This document shows, piece after piece, positions 57,800-64,000 of a stretch of DNA of 64,000 nucleotides. Numbering within the stretch: position 1 is the first letter of the stretch; each line of letters begins with the position of its first letter. The notes under the pieces were generated by a model. The model was not told where the DNA came from and searched no databases. It saw only the letters and a list, made by a program, of their open reading frames with translations. Source of the DNA: an uncultured virus (IMG/VR IMGVR_UViG_3300030060_005500). Lineage: Duplodnaviria; Heunggongvirae; Uroviricota; Caudoviricetes. A program made the translations under genes and the position numbers. Location: the IMG/VR virus record IMGVR_UViG_3300030060_005500, one strand, 5' to 3'.

Positions 57800-58927
57800 T
57801 TAAGTTTCCTCTTTAATTAAATCTACTTGCTTATGTCCTTTGATGAAAGTAGGTTTGAACCATTTCATGGTTCTTTGTTTCCTACCTGGCCCTTGCAGGA
57901 TTGTATGCCAGTGTCCTCTTCTCCAATGAGATCTCTTTGGACTACAGCCCTGAGGTTCACTGCTGCTTGTTTTGGATTCAACCACTCTGGTGGTAAAGTG
58001 TTCTCCAAGCCAATGCACGTTGGGTACATTGTTAATCTTTTCAGAACCAAAGCCTTTGTTATTGGTTGCTGTGTAGTTAGATGTAGGACTTTGAACAGTA
58101 ATGATCTCAGGTTGCTGAGTCATAAGACAGAGTAAGTTAATTACAAAACGATATGGTATATTTAAATCTTTTATAAATTCATTTATTATTTCTTCTGCTT
58201 GTTTATGTTTTATAACTGGAATTCTAAATTTCACTTGACCTTTATTAGATAAAGAAGCTACACCTTTACCAACAAATTCATCAGTAACAGCATGAGCATC
58301 ATCTCTTGCGATTAAGTGAGATGATTTCATAACTTGAAAGTAATTATATTCTAATAAGTTTTTATGAAAATGTTCCCGTGTGTCACAGAACATACAGTGA
58401 CCATCACCTTTAAAAGGTATGAAAAATTTTACAGGAATATCAAGACCTAAATTTGGTACCACTCGTCTGTAATACACATCAACTGTTATGCCCTCACTAT
58501 TTTGAGACATACTTATTGTGTGGTATTTATCAAACTTTTTAGAGAATGTAACTTCAATTGAAGGTAGCACTTCGAGGTTGAGCTCCATGTGTTTAGGTGG
58601 CTCTGTTTGTATTAAAGAGTTAGCTAGATCATCAGTGATGTAATAGGTAGGACAAAGAAAGCCTTTTCCAAAGCCTTGCCCTACATACTGACCACCACTC
58701 TTATTTTTAATAGCGGTATTTACAACTTCAGAATTGAATTGATACATAGACATCCCTTTCTCAATTAAAAGAGCCTGATGAGAAGGATATCCATAGGGAG
58801 CTATTTCTTTATCGTAAAGAGTAATGGCTTCTTCTTTGGATAAATGATGTTCACTATTCTTAAGTTGTTTGTTTATTACTTCAACTATTCTGAGAAACAA
58901 CTGTTTGTTTTTTGACAATGTTTTCAT
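57800..58927 (-). CDS. Phage protein with C-terminal HWRRGHW motif
   Basis: KRSHWRRGHWH...WFKPTF. Confidence 0.65.
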   Translation of the reverse strand: MKTLSKNKQLFLRIVEVINKQLKNSEHHLSKEEAITLYDKEIAPYGYPSHQALLIEKGMSMYQFNSEVVNTAIKNKSGGQYVGQGFGKGFLCPTYYITDDLANSLIQTEPPKHMELNLEVLPSIEVTFSKKFDKYHTISMSQNSEGITVDVYYRRVVPNLGLDIPVKFFIPFKGDGHCMFCDTREHFHKNLLEYNYFQVMKSSHLIARDDAHAVTDEFVGKGVASLSNKGQVKFRIPVIKHKQAEEIINEFIKDLNIPYRFVINLLCLMTQQPEIITVQSPTSNYTATNNKGFGSEKINNVPNVHWLGEHFTTRVVESKTSSSEPQGCSPKRSHWRRGHWHTILQGPGRKQRTMKWFKPTFIKGHKQVDLIKEET

Positions 58928-59799
58928 TTGGATACCTCCGCTTTGATTAGATCGTCAATTTGTTTGTCGATATTCTCTTTGAGAAACTCAAGAGTTTTTA
59001 TGTAGTCCTCTGGATAGAAACAGGTAATGTCTGCTTCATTGTGCATGGTTAATACTTTGAGTATGAACTCTAGGATTGATTGTGCTTTAGGCATTAGTAA
59101 CCTCCTCTGTTGTAGGTTTGCATGGCTTGGGTCTCCCTGAGACTTGGTCGTCTTGAATAAGACTTCTTCTGTTGGTTTAGATTCTTCAATGCCTTTTGAG
59201 ATTCGGCAATGATACCTAATTCCCATTCTGCTTCTTGTTTGATGGTCATGGCTAATTCAGGATTACCAGAATGCTTTTTCCATTTGTTCTGTAATGATTT
59301 AACTTCTCTTTCTTTTTCAGATAAAAGAGATTCAATGTATGCAATGAATTGTTTGTCCATTAGTTTTGTTCCTCATACTTTTGTTTAATCATTCCTATGG
59401 CTAGTTCATAAGAACAATCTTTATCAGACATATATTCATACTCTTCACCGAATAGAATAGTCATGATTTCGTCAACGAATTGTGATTGATTCATTAGTTT
59501 TTCTCCTCGTCTGTTAAAAGAAATTCCATTTCGGAATCTTTGATTTCTGTGCTGTATCTAGGACCAACTAACTCAAACTTTTTAAATAGTTCAGCCATCT
59601 TCTTTTCATTAGTCATGCACTCTTCCGCATCTTTCATGCAGATAAGTTTGAATTTAAGTGCAAGATGTTCACCTATGATGGTACATTGATCCTCAACATC
59701 ATTTTCGATAGTCTTGACTAACTCTTTATCTTTTGTGACTACAGACTTACATAAAGCCATGGTTACAGATGTTCTGATTTCTTCGATTGTCATGGTCAT
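58924..59799 (-). other. Cluster of four small coupled hypothetical genes
   Basis: 59494-59799, 59360-59494, 59094-59360, 58924-59094 with TAATG/ATGA junctions. Confidence 0.6.
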
Positions 59800-62003
59800 G
59801 AGTTTTGTTCCTCTGGTTGTAGTTGAGTTGTAATTAATTGAAGGGCACGTCCGATACCGTGCTCTACAAATTGTTTCTCTTCATCGTTCAATCTTTTGTT
59901 AGCTATGTCAGCTATCTGATCTACGAGAAGAGTGCCGTCACTTAGCTTGAGCTGAATGGTAAACCTGGGTTTCTGGTCAACCATCGCCAAGACAATGAAG
60001 TAACGTTTCTGTTTAATGGAGTTTGCATAGCTGGAGTTACCGACGCAGTTACGTACGGCTCTACCCCAGTCAGCCAACTGGTGTGATGTTATTGGTTGGA
60101 AGAAGGTCATGACTGAATCTTCTTTCTCAGACCACATAGATTTACCACTGTTAACTTCTTGAGTAATGGTGGTTCCATAGCGACCCCTAGTAGCTTGATA
60201 AAGCTCATTGTCAGCAAATGCTTCTTTCCATTTAACTTTGATAGGCTTGGCAAATAGATCCTGTGGCAAATTAAAGTTCTCGTTGTTCTCTTTCCATTGC
60301 ATTCCCATTACATGGTCATGCAGTTCAGTCAAACGCCAACGACGTGGAGAATCTAGTTTCCTTAGCTTTGGTTTGGGTTCTAATTTATCCCATCTTTCAA
60401 TTACTTCATGCTGTGATCTGACAACAGAATCGAGCATGTTTACAGTGTCTGTCCATTCTCTGAAATCCCAGACTTTTCTACTCATGCGAGTTTCATAATC
60501 ATAGGAACTGTAACTAGTGTTTTCTTCTGCTTCTTTAGCACGTTGTTCACTGTACTTCTTCATAGACTCTAGAAAAGTTTTTACAGGCATACGACCGAAG
60601 TATTCTCTTTTCTTGGAAGCAATCTCCCGTACTTTCTCTTCAGTACTAGCATAACGATAGTAACCAATGTCATTCATGCGGGATGGTACGCTTAGAGTAT
60701 AGAAGTATTGTTCATAACTCTGAAAATAATCAACAGGAGTATCTGGCCAGACATCCAATATATAGTCGATCCATCTAATCAGATGATGTACACGTTCAAT
60801 GGGAGATGTAACCCAATGCATGCTTTTTTTCTCGGATTCTTCCAATCTTTTGTTAGCAGATTCAAGTGCCTTGTGTAACATCTTTCTAAAGAAAGGTTGC
60901 TCTATCCAACCATCAGGTTTCCATAGAACATGACCGATGTTATGTCTGCGTTCATTAAGATCAAGAGGAACAGTATTGCTCAAACGAAACAGTAAAGACT
61001 TGAGACTTTCCACATCCCATTTCTTTGTTGTTTCTAGACAGAGATAACCTTTGCGGTCAGCGTCATGAGCATTCATCCAGTTGGCCTGTTTTTCCTCATA
61101 GTTCTTCTTGATCACATAACCTAAGGTGTTCTGTTCAGGAAGAATACGATTGAATAATTCACTGTAAGAAGGATCACTGCTACTTCCATACTTTTCTGAT
61201 TCGGGACTGACCCAGTGAGGTATGGTGCCAGCCAAGCATCTTCCCCAGTCTTTTAGCTCTGATTTCAAGTATCTTGACTTGTCATGCCAAGTTTCTATAG
61301 TTCTGTGATGGAATATGCCATTGGTAAGGTTGTAAGTATGTCCCTGCCCGATCATTTGTTTGGTTACATACACTGTCTTGTAACGCCACCAAGATCTATC
61401 TACCTTTATACGTTCACAATCATTCCAGCTGTAACCTGAGAATAATTTTGGATCCTCATTATCAACGTACTGTCGGTGGTATGGAACACAAAAGACTTTG
61501 CGATTTTCACCATCAGCATACATCTCACATTCGAAACGAGTTCTGTTTGCTTTAGTTTCCTTGTAAGCAAAACTGTAACCATATACATATTTATTGCTAT
61601 GTGGTATCCATAGACATGTCCACATGCCTTCGAAATGATACAGAAGTATTCTTCGCTGTATTCTCATTCCCTGAGAGTTGTGTATCAACTTATCAGATTT
61701 TTGAAATGTCAGAGGTTTACCGTTGGGGTATGCCGGATTACCATCTTTATCATTGGGAGGATACTGTGTATTTATATATCTTTGATTAAGGTCACTGAGA
61801 CTGATTCTTTTAATCAGCTCTTCTCTATTGAAATTCTTTGGCAGTACATCGTTCGGAATCAATTGCTCCAATGGAGGAAGACCAAGAGAAAAAGGTTTAG
61901 ACTGTCGTCTGATTACTCTTTTCTTCTCTGATTCTTTTGCACGACGCACCTGATCATAAGGTGTGAGTTTCTCTTGCAAGACACTCGGAAGTTGAAATTC
62001 CAT
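59796..62003 (-). CDS. Large protein with C-terminal PcfJ-like domain
   Basis: LTELHD, LADWGRAVRNCVG..SYA, FTIQL...VDQI. Confidence 0.7.
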   Translation of the reverse strand: MEFQLPSVLQEKLTPYDQVRRAKESEKKRVIRRQSKPFSLGLPPLEQLIPNDVLPKNFNREELIKRISLSDLNQRYINTQYPPNDKDGNPAYPNGKPLTFQKSDKLIHNSQGMRIQRRILLYHFEGMWTCLWIPHSNKYVYGYSFAYKETKANRTRFECEMYADGENRKVFCVPYHRQYVDNEDPKLFSGYSWNDCERIKVDRSWWRYKTVYVTKQMIGQGHTYNLTNGIFHHRTIETWHDKSRYLKSELKDWGRCLAGTIPHWVSPESEKYGSSSDPSYSELFNRILPEQNTLGYVIKKNYEEKQANWMNAHDADRKGYLCLETTKKWDVESLKSLLFRLSNTVPLDLNERRHNIGHVLWKPDGWIEQPFFRKMLHKALESANKRLEESEKKSMHWVTSPIERVHHLIRWIDYILDVWPDTPVDYFQSYEQYFYTLSVPSRMNDIGYYRYASTEEKVREIASKKREYFGRMPVKTFLESMKKYSEQRAKEAEENTSYSSYDYETRMSRKVWDFREWTDTVNMLDSVVRSQHEVIERWDKLEPKPKLRKLDSPRRWRLTELHDHVMGMQWKENNENFNLPQDLFAKPIKVKWKEAFADNELYQATRGRYGTTITQEVNSGKSMWSEKEDSVMTFFQPITSHQLADWGRAVRNCVGNSSYANSIKQKRYFIVLAMVDQKPRFTIQLKLSDGTLLVDQIADIANKRLNDEEKQFVEHGIGRALQLITTQLQPEEQNS

Positions 62004-62030
62004 GGCAAATTGTAAGTTGAGTTGAATTAT

Positions 62031-62054
62031 CTGCGTGTAGGATACGCAGCCCCC
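62031..62054 (-). promoter_or_regulatory. Leader hairpin
   Basis: GGGGG-CUGCGU-AUCCUAC-ACGCAG, 27 nt before ATG 62003. Confidence 0.45.
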
Positions 62055-62078
62055 ATAAGATAAAAACTATCTACACAC

Positions 62079-62414
62079 TCAAAGCTTCTCTTCCTTAAAC
62101 ATGATACCAGGAGAGACTTCTTCGTAACCTTCTTTCAAAGGGTCAGGTTTACGATTACGTTTGGGCATCTCCACAGGTAGCAAGCGATGTTGCATATGTC
62201 TGGTACCGGATGCGGAACCTGAGTCATCCCATTTTACAGAATAATAATAGTCGACTCTGCCATTGGCTTGAGTACGTTTGTCAACAGATTCGACGATACC
62301 GTAACGTGGTTTGTAAGACTTATTCAGCATACGTTCCTGTGGTATGCTCGGCGTCTTCTTGAGTACACGATCACCTATCTGGTAACGTTGACCAACTTTC
62401 TTGTAATTAGGCAT
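62079..62414 (-). CDS. Hypothetical protein (SH3-like fold possible)
   Basis: YQIGDRV...YGIV...YYSVKWD; start MPNYKK. Confidence 0.55.
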   Translation of the reverse strand: MPNYKKVGQRYQIGDRVLKKTPSIPQERMLNKSYKPRYGIVESVDKRTQANGRVDYYYSVKWDDSGSASGTRHMQHRLLPVEMPKRNRKPDPLKEGYEEVSPGIMFKEEKL

Positions 62415-62709
62415 CAGGTTTCTTTTCCTCCTTTGGTTCTGTTTTAGGTTTAGATTGTTCTTTGCTGTGCAAAGTGTATTGTTTTGACAGGCCAGTGCCG
62501 GATACAGACGTAAGACCCTGTACTGTCTGTTTGTGTAGGTTGTAGTTGATATTGCTCTGCAGCTTGCCAAGTTTGCCTTGAGCTGTAATAGATTCAATAC
62601 CATGACTCATAGAAAGATTGACTTTGACATCACCCAGTCCGAATGGAAGTTTGATGATGGGTACTCTTTTCTTGAATCGAAAACCTTTAGTAGGTCTGTC
62701 TTTAGCCAT
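62407..62709 (-). CDS. DUF4236-like protein
   Basis: GFRFKKRV...VKVNLS..G...GTGLS. Confidence 0.55.
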   Translation of the reverse strand: MAKDRPTKGFRFKKRVPIIKLPFGLGDVKVNLSMSHGIESITAQGKLGKLQSNINYNLHKQTVQGLTSVSGTGLSKQYTLHSKEQSKPKTEPKEEKKPDA

Positions 62710-62953
62710 TGGGTTCCTCTGGTTTGTGGTCATCAGGTAGGAGGTTGTCTGTAAGAGATGATAGGTCTACGCCGTCGGGTAAGTTGTCCATCTGGAACAA
62801 CTCCCCCGTCTTCTCGTCATAGTATCCTCCTACAAACCCCATTCCTTTCTGATCCGCAAACTCTTTCATCTTGGCAACCAGCTGCATCCTCTTGAGCCTG
62901 TTGTGATCAATGGCATCGGGTATGCGTGGCTTGTTGTCTTTGCCTTTAGTCAT
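62702..62953 (-). CDS. Hypothetical protein
   Basis: 83-aa ORF. Confidence 0.55.
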   Translation of the reverse strand: MTKGKDNKPRIPDAIDHNRLKRMQLVAKMKEFADQKGMGFVGGYYDEKTGELFQMDNLPDGVDLSSLTDNLLPDDHKPEEPNG

Positions 62954-63177
62954 TGGGTTTACCTCTGGGTTGTTGTAAGCGTTTGAATTTGAATTCGTTG
63001 GTGATACCAGGTGCTAGTACAATGCTGACGACCACAGCATCATCTTTGATAAACACACTGGCATGACTTGGATTTGAGAAATCGTATTGCTGATGTTCAG
63101 ACTTTGTATCCTTCATTAATTATAAAAAACAATAGGAGAATAGTACAGAAAAAATTCAGTGATTTCTACCTATGTTT

Positions 63178-63402
63178 TCATATGGAAGTAAAAGATTTCC
63201 TTTCGTAATAATCAGTCATTTTCTCCTTGAAATCCTTTACTGAGACACACGAAGAAACCAACACGAAATCCATGGTGATCCATGAATTACCTCTGAGTTT
63301 TTGATACTCAAGAGTGTAAGGTTTCTTACTGGGTACATGCATTACTCTGTCGGGTGTGTTATTTTCCCGAGGGTAATACCAAGGTCGAATAGTAGGTGCC
63401 AT
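63178..63402 (-). CDS. Hypothetical protein
   Basis: Start MAPTIRP (63402). Confidence 0.5.
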   Translation of the reverse strand: MAPTIRPWYYPRENNTPDRVMHVPSKKPYTLEYQKLRGNSWITMDFVLVSSCVSVKDFKEKMTDYYERKSFTSI

Positions 63403-63429
63403 AAAAATGTATGTAGTTTGAATAAGAAA

Positions 63430-63471
63430 CTGGGACTTACAGATGATGTTTGGGGTCATCAGCATGCCCAG
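63430..63471 (-). ncRNA. Candidate cis-RNA motif copy A
   Basis: CUGGG-CAUGCU-GAUGA(loop)UCAUC-UGUAAGU-CCCAG. Confidence 0.55.
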
Positions 63472-63478
63472 CTAGTAG

Positions 63479-63910
63479 TTACCAAGAGCAGTAGTACAGT
63501 ATTCTCATGCCTTTCTTGAGTTCTTCTTCAGCTTTGTCGCAGAACTCGATGTCGTTTTCTCTGTAGTATTCATCTGAGGGATCACCCCAGAAAAAACCAG
63601 AGGCATCTCCATAGCCTCCATTGAGAGTCTGGTTCTTGATATCCAATCGTAATCTTTGGATGTCTTCAGCCTTCAGTTCTACGATTTCATCATTGAATGG
63701 ATCTTGCATGTATGACTGAGCCTGATAGCCTTCTCCTGTATGTGGATCAGGCTTGGCAGCATCACCATACTGACGTTTTCTCCATAGACGTTCCATCCAG
63801 CCCTGTAGGTTTGGATGTTTACGCCAGTAGTAAAGTTCTTTGTCTTTTTCCCAATCAATTGTGTTGGTGGTACCAGCTGATCGAGAAAAAGCATACTGGT
63901 CTAGTCCCAT
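63479..63910 (-). CDS. Conserved phage protein
   Basis: MGLDQY...YWRKHPNLQGWM...GFFWG...YYCSW. Confidence 0.75.
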   Translation of the reverse strand: MGLDQYAFSRSAGTTNTIDWEKDKELYYWRKHPNLQGWMERLWRKRQYGDAAKPDPHTGEGYQAQSYMQDPFNDEIVELKAEDIQRLRLDIKNQTLNGGYGDASGFFWGDPSDEYYRENDIEFCDKAEEELKKGMRILYYCSW

Positions 63911-63933
63911 AGTTTTAGTAATGAATTGAATAA

Positions 63934-63997
63934 TGACCTGGCATCATCAGGGCAGGGCGGTCAGTTCCTACCGACTCCCCGAAGGGAGTTTCGCCAG
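63934..63997 (-). ncRNA. Type II hammerhead ribozyme with pseudoknot
   Basis: CUGGC-GAAA-CUCCC(UUCG)GGGAG-UC/GGUAGG(AACUGACCGC)CCUGCC-CUGAUGA-U-GCCAG-GUCA: full catalytic core, three stems, GUC cleavage site. Confidence 0.92.
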
Positions 63998-64000
63998 TTA

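Noticed and set aside
63450..63465. CUGAUGA on the - strand in motif copy A as a second hammerhead
   Set aside because: No GAAA or stem II/III arrangement; the bases pair within the motif's inner hairpin
1..64000. tRNA genes, introns or inteins, alternative genetic code
   Set aside because: No cloverleaf seen; psbA, polA and primase are uninterrupted; long genes end normally at TAA, TAG or TGA

Overview
A gene-dense, AT-rich 64-kb segment of a marine tailed cyanophage, most likely infecting Prochlorococcus (Prochlorococcus-type psbA, four tandem hli genes, psbN). From memory of its gene content (N4-gp56-like capsid, PolA, Prim-Pol/D5 primase, dcd, speD, nblA, lysozyme) it resembles the S-EIV1-like lineage; this is inference, not a search result. 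Layout: 1-27.8 kb mostly + strand head/virion/tail-fibre genes with a psbA-hli island; 27.7-47 kb accessory, sugar-modifying and replication genes plus a third, inverted tail-fibre cassette; 47-64 kb a - strand early/replication region (gp157, SSB, Tyr762 PolA, gp88, C5-MTase, PcfJ-like). I recognised no terminase, portal, integrase, RNA polymerase, tRNA or CRISPR. The most striking unexplained layer is non-coding RNA structure in the - strand early region. It includes a complete type II hammerhead ribozyme with pseudoknot (63934-63997), three copies of an unrecognised UGGG-[hairpin]-UGUAAGU-CCCA motif, a compact pseudoknot before ssb, and (AAUUC/AACUC)n leader tracts; each structure ends about 20-30 nt before a start codon. 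Other highlights are an unannotated 26-aa YRG (DUF4278-like) peptide behind an NtcA-type palindrome, NblA in a phage whose likely host lacks phycobilisomes, a 69-bp inverted repeat linking two tail-fibre genes, and apparent absence of GCGC.
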